A DNA stretch of 64,000 bases, taken from the NCBI GenBank assembly GCA_038087875.1, contig CM075989.1:12464001-12528000 (forward strand), in the 5' to 3' direction. Position numbers and translations under genes: made by a program. Below are positions 26,501 through 39,404 of the stretch, piece by piece. The notes under the pieces are model-generated. The model was not told where the DNA came from and made no database searches. It worked only from the letters and a program-made list of their open reading frames with translations. The DNA is from Malacoraja senta. Taxonomy: Eukaryota. Every line of letters begins with the position of its first letter. The first letter of the stretch is position 1.

Positions 26501-28899
26501 GAATATTTGTAATTCATATACTCAAAGGCCATGGAGAATCTTAATTATTTTTTAGGTAGATTCAATGAAGTGAAAGATGGCATATTTGGCCAACAACAAT
26601 CTAAGAATGGAATATTGCACAGTGGGTTCATACACTGTCTGGGCAGCAAATATGGAATTTCCACTGTAATTCCTCACACTAGCATAGTATATTGTTCTGT
26701 TAGAGACCTTGAACTTGAGAAAACCAAAGATAAACCAAGAGAGTTAATAATTCCAAGATGCATCTACTTCAGACTATGTAGTAGAATGATCTAAGATTAT
26801 TGGATTGAGATCTGTAGTCCAGTTTCTCATTGTTAAAACGTATGACTTTTTATGGACTATAAAACTGTGCTTTATGTAAATTGGGTATCTGGCTCAAACG
26901 TGCCCAATTATGGTTGGGCAGATTAGATAGTGTGGGTTTTTTTTCTGTTATTGATTGGATCTTAAACCATACTGTATCATGGTCATCTCCTCTGAGGTAA
27001 TGACTAGATCTGTTAACAGATCAATTCTTGTGGGCATTTAAAAAGAGTAACGGTCAACATATAAGGCAATTTGTACTGACACTATACTGTGAAATTTGCT
27101 TGAGTCAGGTTTTTTATCATAGTTGTTAAAGTATAATAATATCAAAAATAGGATTTAAAGATATATTCAATTTGCCCTGATTACATCTCAATTGATAACT
27201 CCTCATTCAGAATAAATGAAGTTAAATTGTGCTTTTTAAAATCTTTTTTGCACATGAAAGAGAGGATATATGAATCTTGTTGGATTCTCAATATTGCAGT
27301 ACATTCAATGGATTAAAAATGTTGATTTGTAAAGTTAGGTAAAATTGTATAAGAGCAAAGTTTATAATCCCATATAATTTTAGGAAGAGCAATGGGAAAT
27401 TGCTAAAACTCACTGAGGGATTGTTCATTCATATGCAAATAAACTGAAATTGTTAATTGAGAAAAATGCTTATTAATCCAAACTCCCATTCATGAAAAAT
27501 ATTTATGGGCATGTACAGGATTGCAGAATGTTATGACTTTCAGCATGTTTTCACATAATTAGTTGATAGTGTCATTTTTTATGTCCCGTCATCATTTTTG
27601 ATCACCATTACCCTCAAAAAGTTCTCTTTTATTTGAAAGCTTTTATTAGTCCATTCCAGAGCTTTCTCTTTTTGAGCGTAAAGAGCTCCAACTTGGTGAT
27701 CTTTATCTTTATAACCGCCTCAATTCTGGTATCATCATGTAATTCTCCTTTTCACCTTTTCCAGTGCAAAATCCTTTCTATAATCCAGAGATTAGAATTA
27801 GAGATTTACAGGAAATTGGTGATATTGAATATAAAATACCAATTTAGATTTGAAATTTGTAAGACCACTTGGTCTGTGCTAGTGCGATAACCTACCTTTA
27901 ATTTGGCACAGAGGCCTCAAAACTGTGTTTCAGCTTGCTTGGATGTGTATACCATTGTTGTATTTCATTCTAACAATTAATTAGCTCAATCATAAAAAGC
28001 TGTGAAATTGGCCAAAAAGACACTTACAACAGCTTTGGGTGGCATATTTCATATCTAATAAACAGGAACTGGCTGATTCTTCACCACACTTTACATTGCA
28101 GAAACTGCTGACACTTTGCTGTGCCTTAAAGGAAAATGGGTATCAGCCCTCAATGGAGGGGGGTGGGGGTGGGAGTGGGTATCAGCCACTGAGGGAGATG
28201 CTACAAGACCGAGGGAGAGACCTTATCTAATTGTGTAAGTATTGAACCAAATGACATGTCTACACATGTATCCCTCTCACATCTCTTCTACATCAGCCTC
28301 CTCCACCAGCCACACTGGAGCCTCTAAAGAGAGGATAATTAAAAGTTTCATATTACTTTAATTTACAATGTAGTTGGCAATCATTCATTTCATCCAGTCC
28401 AAGCCAGCTCTCAGAGCACTTCCATCAATTCCATTACCCCGTTTATTTCCCTATAACCCACTCACTATGCAGATTAACAGCCCCTGGCTCTCCATCACCT
28501 TTCTCCAGCAAATACGTCCATGCTGAACCTAAAGTCCAAAGGAGCCACAGACCCTCAAACCACCTCAAGTTCAAAAGCAATTTAGTTTACCAAGTAAACT
28601 TACTGTTAGTGTTTCAATGACTCCGTCTCTTTTGAGTTAATGTATAGTAAATACAAACATTGACATCCATGCTGCTGCATAACTATAACATTTATTTTAG
28701 CAGCACAACTATCTTGTTATTGTCTTGTAGAGCATTGAGATAGACTTACATTTTATTCCTTCCCAGAATAGGAGAACACGCAGCAAGACAAAAATGAGGG
28801 GTTAATGGAAGGAAAGGACAAGGAGGAACACAATGCTGATAAAGGAGAGCACAGTGCTCCTGAGACACAATTGAGCGACTGGCTATATGATAGATGACC

Positions 28900-29960
28900 A
28901 GATTAAATCAGAGGGGTGTGTGACATAGAAGAAGTGTGGCCTGGGCACATGGCCATGTTCATATCGAATGACCAGGCACAGTTGAGCAATTTAGTGGCCA
29001 TTCCTGCTCTAATAGCCAATGGGGAATAGAGGAAAAGATATGCAGACAGACGACAAAAAGACGCAGACGCAAAAGCAACAGGGTTGGCATAGTGGGTGAT
29101 TGTAACTTCTCCAATAATGACTGGGCTTTGCTCAGTGCAAATGACTTGGTTGGGGCAGAATTTGTTAGGAGTACCTAAGTAGGTTACTTGAAACAGTATG
29201 TAGATTGGGTAAGTCCACATCTGACATGTGAGACTCGTTTAAAGGGGAACTGATCAGAGTTGAAGCCCGGCATGTTCCAGTAAGGAGGAGGGATAAGGAT
29301 GGCAGAGTAATAAATCTTGGTTGACCAAAGTGATTGCAAAGTTGATTAAAAAGAAATAAAATTATATTTATGGACGCTTTACAAATATGAAATCGGATAG
29401 TGCCTTTGGATAGAAAGCAAGCAGGAGACAATTAGGCAATTAGAAGTAAGCAAGTAGAACGGCCAAAGGGACCAGGAAATGTCATTGGTGAGTTGAATTA
29501 AAGAAAACCCCAAGACATTTTAGATGTACATTAAAAACAAAAGGATTAAGGAGGGATTTTATGCTTGGAATTTGTGGATGTAGTCGAGGTACTAAATGAG
29601 TATTTTGTACTTGTATTCACCAAAGAGAAGGAGATGGAGGAATGCGATCAGTTTGGAAATAGTATTATGCTACAGCAATTTGAGATCAAGAAGGAGTTGT
29701 TGAGACTCTTGAATAGTCTGAAAGTGGATAAATGCCTAGGGCCTGATGGGATCTATCCCTGGTTATTGAGAAAACTAGAGAGGAGATTGTATAGGCCTTG
29801 ACAAAGATCTTTGTGTCTACTCTAGGGAAAGATGAGGTCCTGGAGAACTGGAGAGTATTCACTGTTGTTCCTTTGTTTAAGAAGCCTCACTTCAATGATA
29901 GGGAAGTTAGTGGAGAAAATTCTTCGGGATAGGATTAACATACATTTGGAAAATAATTGA
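28900..29960 (+). mobile_element. Decayed CR1 ORF2 middle fragment
   Basis: EVLNEYFVLVFTKE...LKVDKCLGPDGIYPWLLR matches the CR1 ORF2 linker/RT start. Confidence 0.75.
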
Positions 29961-31398
29961 TTCTGCAATGAAATTGTACAAGTTCCAGATAGTGAAAAGA
30001 AAAGGACTGTGCAAAAAAATAATTCTGAGGGTTTGCAGAAAAAGCAAGATTTATAGTTGGATCATAAATACTGTAGTCACATGAGCAGGTTGGGATTGGG
30101 TTTGCTCAATAAAATTTTGACTTTCCTTTTTCTACTACAAGTTAAACTTTTTCTACTTTAAATTTTAGACACTGTGGACTGAGTTAGACAGAAACTCAAT
30201 CATTTATCTTGCCTAATTGCTGATGAAATGCAATTGGATGCAGAGTGTGCTAAACTTTCTTTAATCCCCGTTTTAGCCTCAGTTAACATTCAGTAAGGTT
30301 CTGCTTTCACTTATGATCCCAAGATGTCCTTGGCCAGCTTGTGAAAGGTAATGCATTAACATTCAATAGAGTCTTACTTTCACTTCTGATCCCAAGATGT
30401 TTAACTGAAGACTTAGTTTATAATCACTGCAAAATAAAATTACCTTCTGGGACATCATGCAGCAGCATTCGCCAACAAATCCTCTAAACATAGAGGAGTT
30501 AACTTGCATCCTGCCAATGCCAATGAACTTGTAAGGAAACACTGGAATGATTGTTCTGTTGCTTACAGCAAAATTAAACAATCTTCTTGTTTGCCAAGAT
30601 TATTGCCCTAAGATTTTAAGTGACTTACGATATATCATTTTCTGCAAAGTCAATGAAGGAAGAGTATACAGTTATTTCCTGTAGAAAATTAAAGAGTTTT
30701 TGGATTTAATTTAGAAAGCTTATTCTTGCCTTACTTAAAAAGGTAATTAAGTGAGTTCCAAGGAATTGTTCTGCAGTGAATGCAGGACCTGTGTTGTTTA
30801 TTCTGCATCAATGAAGAATTTTACTTCGGAGTCACGTGAGTGACTAAGTGAAGAAGACCCCGTCCAGCCACACACGCGTCATATCGATCAGACGCATAGC
30901 GTTCATGACCGTGTGTGGAGGAGCAGGAGCTCCTCCAGCCGGTGAGTAAAAAGCAAAGTTAAAGTAAAAGTCGGAAGGTAAGTGGTTTCATTTTCACTTA
31001 CAGGGTGCTTTTCTTCCCGCTCAGACGTGTTGGTAGAGGTCCACACAAGTTACAATGGGGAAAAAAGCATAGGGGAAGGAGAGGACAGGGACGCACCGCA
31101 GGTAAAACCCCAGATTCTAAGGGTAGCGGGCGTCAGGCAGAGGAGTCAGTGGCATCGAAGCCATTTAACTCCCGTTGTGGTCGAATGTGCTGTTAAACCG
31201 CCGACGGCGGGGCGCAAGGCTGGACAAAAGTCGGCCCGACCTGTAGACTCGGATGAGTCAGACCCGGAGGTATACCCTCCTTAAGCAGAAAATATTATGG
31301 CTGCAAGGGTCGCTAGCTTAGAGGTCCTGAGGGGAAAAATGATTTACAAAGAACTCCTACAAGAGGATTTAGGTCGGTGTTGGCCAATAAAGGATACA

Positions 31399-31484
31399 TA
31401 CATAGAATACATAGATACATAGAAAATAGGTGCAGGAGTAGGCCATTCGGCCCTTCGAGCCTGCACCGCCATTCAATATGATCA
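31399..31484 (-). mobile_element. 86-bp CR1 3' tip inserted in DIRS copy A gag
   Basis: Matches 19915-19997. Removing it restores WPIKDT|SQGVPWMGQ, which aligns to copy B WPMTETAQGVPWMGQ. Confidence 0.9.
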
Positions 31485-31520
31485 TCACAGGGTGTGCCTT
31501 GGATGGGACAGGCACAAGGG

Positions 31521-31760
31521 TGGCCTACAGGAGAGCCATCAGAAATACCTGTGCAAAGCTATTACAGTGGTTCGCCTACAGGAGAGCCAGTGCCAGAAAT
31601 GCCTGCAAAAAAGGCAATATATGTGCTGGCCTACAGGAGAGCCAGTGCCAGAAATGCCCGCAAAAAAGCAATATATGTGCTGGCCTACAGGAGAGCCAGT
31701 GCCAGGAATGCCCGTAAAAAGGCAATATATGTGCTGGCCTACTGGAGAGCCAGTAACAGA
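31521..31760 (+). repeat. Coding minisatellite, ~54-bp unit (WPTGEPVPEMPxKxQYMC) x5
   Basis: Units start at 31521, 31572, 31627, 31681 and 31735. Confidence 0.9.
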
Positions 31761-34440
31761 AATGTCTGAGCAAAGACAGTACAACCGTACATATGTGCCA
31801 GCACCGACAATTTCAAAAGAAAACATTATGAAGCGTTGGCCTAGAGTTGAGCCAGCGCCAGCAACACCTGAAACAGGGCTGCCTATCCGTGGGCCTACAA
31901 GAGAGCCCGCGCAGGGGGAATCTGGCAGAGACTTACCTGGAACAGGGGAGCCAGAAATTACCCAACATAAAGATATCTAGATTCAAATGATGATTTATAT
32001 CAGGACCAGAGTCCATTATCAGAGCTAAAATGTTCCAAGGCTGGCACAAAAGTTTGCTGTTCCCACAGTAACAGGGAAACCTTTGAGAGAGGAAATAGCT
32101 ATGACTATAAATTATCTACTCTCCCATCAGCCCCAGGAATTAACTATGGAGGTATTGGATGAAGATTTTATATCGGATTTACAACAAAATGCCTTAGCAC
32201 TCATGTGTAGTGCGCACTTTGAAATAAATTGTATTCGTGAAAATACAATAACACCAAATATTCATCCTAAGTATGCAGGCTCTGCAAACCATCCAATATA
32301 CAAATGCCTAAAATCTGCTTTTTGGAGAAAATCTAGCAAAGAAGCTAAAGGATTGCCTATGCTGAGCAGAGCGGTGCGAAGGCAGTATTCCTACAGTCGA
32401 AATGCTGGTGCATGAGAAGGAACAAGCCTATCATTCTCGTATACACGTTGACGTGCTGCACCAAGGATACGTGGAGGTTACAATGTGCCTACTAGAAGGG
32501 GACAACAATTGCCGGTGGCAAACCCCGATGTAGGCGGGCTTGGTCTGGTAAGAAACACAACAAATGTTTCACACTCACAAATAGGGGGAAGGTTACGATT
32601 CTTCCTCAAAGAATGGCAATCAATAACAAATGATTCATTTATTCTATGTAGCATTGTAGAATTCAAAATTGAGTTCACTCCACGTTTGGATCCTCCAATT
32701 CAGCATAATTCAAACTGGTCACGGATTTTCTCAAAGGAACAGAATAAGTTGATCAAGGAGAATTGAAAATTTTATGCGGAAAAGGAGGTAATAGAAAAGT
32801 CAGTAGAACAACACCATCAGTTTGTGTCAAATATTTCCCAGAACAAAAAAGGATGGTGGATGTAGAATCCTTTCGGATCTAAAAAATCTTAAACCTTTAT
32901 GTACAATAGAAACATTCCAAAATGGAAACATTTACTAAATGCCATTCAGCTGGTCACAAAGAATTGCTACATGGCAAGCACAGATCTGCAAAATGCATAT
33001 TATTCTGTGAAATGCATGGTAATGATCAAAGATATTTGAAATTTAGATGGATGTCAGTTATGGCAATTTAAAGCATTGCCCAATGGCCTGACATCAGCAC
33101 CAAGATTATTCACTAAAATTACTCAAACCAATTTTAGCTCTGCTAAGAGCTGAGGGCCATGTATTAATGGTTTATTTAGAGGATATTCTGATTGTGAGGG
33201 ACACTTTGGCTACTGCAATATTGTTAGTATCTAGAGTCAAATACATTTTGAAAAAATGGGTTTCATTATTCACCTACAAAAATCAAAATTGTTACCAAGC
33301 AAGAATAATTGATAAGCCAGCGTTCACAATTAACTCTGAACACATGGTAATCACCTTGCCAAAACATAAGGCTGCAGTTAATTGAAGATTGCACTAAACT
33401 CATAAACGAGGACAAGCCTTCAATTAGAGAAGTGGCAAGCTTGCTGGGCAAATTAATTGCTGGGTTTCCAGCTGTCAGGTTAGGACCATTGCATTATCAA
33501 TGTTTACAGAAGGCTAAGGTACAAGCATTAAAAATGAATACAGGGCATTTTGACAGGCCATGAAATTAACAATTGGATCCATTACAGAAATAGAATGGTG
33601 GATTAACAATGTCTCTAATGCTTCCAGAAAAATTCTGGTAGAAACACCTTCCGTCATTCTACAGACTGATGTAAGTGCTCTTGGATGGGCACAACTAACA
33701 TGATTTCCAGCTGTGGAGGTAGGTGGAATGTCGATGAAGTACCTTTGCTTGAAAATTAAGGAATAAATTACCTAGAGCTGTTAGGAGCATTTCATGGCCT
33801 TAAAGCTTATTGCACTAATATGGGAAATGTGCATGATCAGGTACAGGTTGACAATACTATAGCTGTAGCATACCTAAATCACATGGGTGGTATAAAATCA
33901 GAATCATGTGATAGATTGGCAAATGAAATTTGGACCTGGTGTATTGCCAGGAAAAATTTGGCTGTCAGCAATATATTTACCAGGAAAATTTAACTTAATT
34001 GCAGTCAAAATATCCCGTAAATTTAATGATAATACAGAATGGATGTTAAATCAGGAAATATTTACACAAATTGTAACACAATTTGGAATGCCAGAGATTG
34101 ATTTGTTTGCATCAAGACTAAACCACCAATTGCCTAAATATGTGCCATGGGAACCTGATCCTGGTGCAGTAGCGGTGGATGCTTTCTCGCTACATTGGGG
34201 TGGTATGTTTCTGTATGCATTTCCACCATTTTGTTTAATCAACAGATGCATACAGAAAATTAAACAAGACTCAGCCTCAGGGATTTTGGTAGTACCAGAT
34301 TGGCCTACACAGCTATGGTACCCACTGGTGTTAAAAATGATCAAAAAACCCCTTATGATTATTCCAAAGCAGATAAAACTGCTTGTACACCCTGTAACTG
34401 ATGAACCACATCCTTTACATGATCGTATTGGTTTGTTGAT

Positions 34441-35435
34441 TTGCAGATTCTAAGAAGGCCATATCTTGGAAAAGGATTATCAGATCGTACGGTGGATGTT
34501 ATGACAGCAGCCTGGAGGAATAGTACCCAGAAGCAGTACATTTCCTATATAAAGAAATGGGAGGTGTTTTATTCAGGAAAGAGTATTGCATATAATACAG
34601 CAGAAATTTCAGATGTAATAGAGTTTCTTTAAACTCTATACTACAAATTAAAATTAAGTTATAGTGCAATCAATACTGCACGAAGTGCACTCTCTGCATA
34701 TTTAAGCAGTGAATCAGAACAAAATCCAATAGGATCACATCCTTGGGTCTGTAGGTTTATGAAAGGAATTTTCAACTCCAATCCTCCTAGACCTAGGTAT
34801 ACAAAAATCTGGAATGTAAAAGATGTACTGATGCTGCTGAGGGATTGGAATCCTATTGAAACTCTGTCATTAGCCAAAATCACCATGAAATTGGTTATGC
34901 TCATGGCATTAGCTTCAGCTCAGAGTTCAAACATTACAGAAACTAAGAATTGACAGAATGAAGGTAGGGGCGAATGCCGTTACATTCTATGTCTATGATT
35001 TACTGAAGCAAAGTAGACCTGGGTTCACGGGATGTAAGTTGGAGTTTTCAAGATATCCTAGCAGATCCACGGCTATGTGTAGTAACATATGTAAAATGTT
35101 ACATAGAAACAACAAGAATCTTAAGAGGCACAGAATTGGCATTTTTTATTAGTCATAAAAAGCCTCATAAGAAAGTGTCAACACAGACAATTTCAAGATG
35201 GTTGAAACAGGTGTTGATTTATTCAGGTATTGATACTGATAAATTTAGATCACATTCCACCAGGGCGGCATCAACATCGGCGGCCAGGGATTCAGATGTG
35301 CCAATAGACCTTATCCTCGCGGCCGCAGGATGGGCAAGTGAACAGATGTTTCACAAGTATTACCATAAGGAGATTAAAGATCTCTGGGTGTTTAGTAATG
35401 CCGTGCTGGATTCAGTATTAAATCCCCCATTATAA
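34441..35435 (+). pseudogene. DIRS copy A tyrosine recombinase, disrupted
   Basis: WRNSTQKQYISY (N-terminal SAM-like part), PPRPRYTKIW, HSTRAASTSAA...AAGWASEQMFHKYY (HxxR, W and catalytic Y motifs). Confidence 0.92.
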
Positions 35436-35600
35436 TAAATGGGCCTAATTTGTTACTTTCGTTAAAATAAATAGAACCATTAACTGATTACATTTAATGT
35501 TTTGGTTATGCATTGTTGATTGTGCTTACTCAAATAGAGTCAATCAGTGCAGTGAGCACCTGGATTTTAATCCACGGTGTGAAATCACAGAGCTTTGAAA

Positions 35601-35713
35601 TCTTCACGTAGTCACTCACGTGACTCCGAAGTAAAATAGTAAGATTAAACGAGAACTTACCAGTTTGAAGTTTGATCTTTATTTTATGAGGAGTAACGTT
35701 GAGGGATTACGTG
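35601..35713 (+). repeat. DIRS copy A internal complementary region (ICR)
   Basis: 35601-35637 is complementary to the left terminus (1 mismatch); 35635-35713 is perfectly complementary to the right terminus 35861-35939. Confidence 0.95.
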
Positions 35714-36939
35714 CCCTCCGCTCCCACCCTCATAAAAGGATCAAGCTGGTAGTTCTAAGTCTTTATGCATCTTACTATCATACTTCAGTAATTATCGTCT
35801 GTGATTGTCACTCCGCTGCTTTGAAAGATTGATGCGTGTTCGGCTAGACGGGGTCTTCTTCACGTAATCCCTCAACGTTACTCCTCATAAAATAAAGATC
35901 AAACTTCAAACTGGTAAGTTCTCGTTTAATCTTACTATTAAACTACTAGAATAAGCCAAGCTTTGGTTAACTTTGTCATTATCAACATCAGGCCAAGATA
36001 GAATTATGTAAGCTTGCAGAATCGTGGAATAATACCGTTGCCAACCATTTTTTATTTGCTGCTTTATTTGCGGTTCCTTTATTCTCTTTGCTCATGTCAC
36101 ACGAGGAGCTGGACCTGCAATTTTGTTGCTTGAAAAAAATGAACTTAATTTATTGGTATGAACATATTCACACCATCCTGTACCTTAGCCGGTCTATCAA
36201 AAAGGCTCCTCAGAGATTAGTCTGGAGAGATATCACAATAAATGTGGAAAGTTTAATTCCACCAAAATTCCTTTTGTTGTTAAAGCCATACTACACCTCA
36301 GAAAAAAAGTACAGTGTTGTTGACATATCTTAAATTGTGAAAATTCACAAGTCACAAGGAGAGGTGCCCAGGCTGGATGAGGCTGACCCTTAGTGTCAAA
36401 GAGCCGAGTTAAGATGAACATTGGAAGGAAGTTTTCAATTTTGGTGCCTTAGATGTAACCCAAGGGTATGGTTGATAGCGCAGGATCAGCTGAGTAAATA
36501 TTATCTTAAATTTTGATTTTGACATGGAACAAGGGGTTATAGGTTTAAACTAAAGAAAGGCCAATTTAGAAAAGATAATTAGGAAATTCCTCATGTGAAG
36601 AATGACAAATCCAAAGAATGGACAACCAGATTAAAAAGTGAGAAGGAAATCTGGAACCACTTTAGAGCTAATTGGATGCTACTGTGGGTGACTTTAGGGT
36701 TTGAATGAATAAATTAAGATTAGTTGATCGAAAAGTACAGTAACACTGTAATTATATTGCTGAACTGCTGATCCAGTGACATGAATTAAAATCCTACTGC
36801 AGTTGCTAGAGAGTTTTAAATGCGGGTTATTCAATATTTCTGGAGTACAGGAAGCACCAAATTACCAAATTGTCACAAAAACCTACCTGGTTCTTTAATA
36901 TTCAGGGAAGAAAATCCGCAATTTTTATTCAGTCTGGTC

Positions 36940-37465
36940 TTGGGCACGGAGTATTTTGTGCCATTCTGGTTGCTGCATTACAGGAAAGATGTGTTAAACT
37001 AAAGCGTGTGAAGAAGTGTATATTACTTGGATTGGAGGACTTGAATTACAAGGAGAGATTGCATGTTGAGTCTTTTTCCCCTAGAGCAAAAGAGGCTGAG
37101 AAATGACATGATAGCGGCATATGTAAGTATGAGAGGCATAGATAGAGTAGATAGCCAGAGTCAGTTTCCCATGGTAGGAGAGTCTAAAAGTAACGGGAAA
37201 GGTTTATGGTGTGAAGGAAGAAGTTTAAAGGAGATCTGAGGGGTAATGCTTTCCACACAAAGAAGAGTTGGTTTCTGGAATGAGCTGCCAGAGGAGAAGG
37301 TGGAGGCAGGAACGGTAAGAGTAACATTTAAGAGAAATCTGGACAGTTACTAGAATGAAGAAGGCATAGAGGAATATGGAATTAATGAAGACAAGTAGGA
37401 TTAATGTAGATAAGCATGATCATCGGCATAGGACTGAGGGCCTGTTTCTATTTTGTACAACTACA
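36940..37465 (+). mobile_element. Decayed CR1 3' fragment
   Basis: EYFVPFWLLHYRKDV; GLEDLNYKERL; tggaatgagctgccagagga. Confidence 0.75.
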
Positions 37466-37890
37466 TGTGACCCAGGACCCATCATGCCCTTGACTAATAA
37501 CTGTCTTCTGAAATGGTCTAGCACATTACTCCTGTCAAGGAACAGTTAGGAATGGACAATAAATGTTAGCATGCCAGCAAAATTCACCTTGCATGAATGA
37601 ATAAATAAGATAAATCCCCATCTATAATTATCAGAATTCTAGCAAAGCAATAGCTTGTATCCCACAAGGGGAAAATTGCTCTAATTTGCTGCAATTTAAG
37701 GACTAAAATTGCCAGATATGAATGCTACTTTACAAGTAATTTAAAAAATCATTAACAGTTTAGTTATTTATCAATGCATATGTCAGCTGCATCAAAAAAA
37801 AGTTTCAATGTGTTATTGAATGATAGTTGAACTCAAAACTCTTAAAGAGACAAATGTAAAGTTAAAGATGGCAGGAAAAAAAAAGTTTAA

Positions 37891-38327
37891 TGGGTCTGTC
37901 CCACTTAGGCTATTTTTTAGGCAACTACAGGCGACTAGGCTGTCGCCACATGGTCGCCGGGGTGTCGCCTGTATGGTCGTGAGTAGTCTCCTCAGCCGCC
38001 CAAAGAGTCGTAGCGTCTTTCTGGTTGCCGCTGGATTTTGAAAATATTCGGAGACAGTCGGCGACAGTGGGTTTGACGCCAATGAGCGTAGCTTGACTTC
38101 TCCTGGCATGGGTGCTGTCGTAGTTGTCGCCAGGTTAAGGTAGGTTTGTTTCCAGATTAACGTAGGTTGTCGCCGGTGCTGACCGTTTTTTTTGTTGTTG
38201 TTAAAGTAATGATTTTATTTTAAATTTTATGTCGAAGGGGGGTCCAGTTGCCGGGTTATCGGCGACCTGCTACAACTATGACAGTCGCTGGCAGTTGCCT
38301 AAAAATAGCCTAAGTGGGACAGGCCCA
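37891..38327. mobile_element. MITE with ~36-bp TIRs (PIF/Harbinger-like or TTAA-type)
   Basis: tgggtctgtcccacttaggctattttttaggcaact / agttgcctaaaaatagcctaagtgggacaggccca; flanks ttaa / ttag; internal gtcgcc repeats. Confidence 0.8.
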
Positions 38328-38855
38328 TTAGTTCAACAGCATGCCATCATCAAAGACCCTTTCGGAGAGCAAAGTCCAGATATTATTTATTTTTCAAAAA
38401 GGCACAAACTGCCAAGAAGTTAAACATGTTGATTTTAATTTTGTCTTTGACAGTTAAATTGACCAAATTGCAAAAGCCTTCATTCTGAGCTAAACTGTGT
38501 TAAATTCTGCAGAATATGCTTGACATCGACAGTGCGCCTTTCTAATGAATGAACCTTGATCAATTCCTGGAGCCTTGATCAATGAAATCACAGAACTAAC
38601 ATGTATGTTTCCTAGGATGTATGTTTTACAAACTGAATCTAGTCATGTGCTGAAGCATGCAGGAGGATTAAACTCCAGCTCATTTAATTAAGTGAAGTGG
38701 TATGGTTAAATGCCAAAAAATAATTCTATTGCCATGGTCAGAGAAACTTACTGGTGGAGGTAAGGGGCAAGTGTCAAACACCAGCCCTTTATTGAGCAGA
38801 TTTAATCAGTCTAATGGCATTCTTAAAGCCCCAATTCCTAACAGAATTTTGACTA

Positions 38856-39404
38856 CAATAAACCCATATAATAACGGACCAGAGAGCGGGAGGTGATGTC
38901 CGTTGTTACCGATTGTCCGCTACAACCGAGTCAGAGATCATCATTGTATAAATGGTAGAAACAAACAACTACATTTGCTATTTAATATACAAACGGACAC
39001 AAAGTGCTGGAGTAAGTCAGCGGTTCAGGCAGCATCGGTGGAGAACATGTATAGGTGACGTCTTGTGTCCTGACCCTTCTACAGACTCTTGGTCTGGAAT
39101 TGGACCTGGAATGTAGGTGACTTAATAGTCAGGGAGAGATGATGATCAGCGCAGTAACTGGTTGCAGCCCTCAGGTGGCCAGAGTTCAGGTAAGGGGCGG
39201 TGGCAGTGATCGTGGTGGCGGTAGTGAAGGTGGCAGCAGCAACAGCAACGTTTTCAGCCGTGGTGGTAGCAGCGGCGGGAATGGCCAAAGAGTCGCATGG
39301 GCCGGGGTGGCATCAGCAGCCCAGCCTGGCAGTGAAAATCAGGAGGTCAGTCCACTATAACTGAAATCCGTTATAAAGAGGTCCATAAAAATGAGGGTTT
39401 ACTA
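38856..39404. mobile_element. Tc1/mariner (Tigger/pogo-like) MITE with a nested Penelope pLTR piece (~38965-39085)
   Basis: ta|caataaacccatataataacggacc ... ggtccataaaaatgagggtttacta|ta; degenerate TIRs with TA flanks. Confidence 0.55.

Larger units (their letters stand above)
31055..34453 (+). pseudogene. DIRS copy A gag-like plus RT/RNase H/DNA-adenine-methyltransferase-like coding region, disrupted
   Basis: GGRLRFFLKEWQSITND (DIRS pol N-terminus), VYLED (YxDD site altered), IDLFASRLNHQLPKY...VDAFSLHW...YAFPPF (MT-like); many stops and frameshifts. Confidence 0.9.
30818..35939 (+). mobile_element. DIRS1-type tyrosine-recombinase retrotransposon, copy A (near full length, decayed)
   Basis: Left end attttacttcggagtcacgtgagtgact; ICR 35601-35713; right ITR and extension 35830-35939; gag, RT, RNase H, MTase-like and YR remnants in order. 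Confidence 0.95.

Noticed and set aside
30305..30400. 24-bp direct repeat spaced ~72 bp apart
   Set aside because: Only two copies with no recognisable insert; probably a local duplication.
31521..31760. Regular ~54-bp repeats as a CRISPR-like array
   Set aside because: There are no unique spacers; the whole unit repeats and lies in the DIRS gag coding region.
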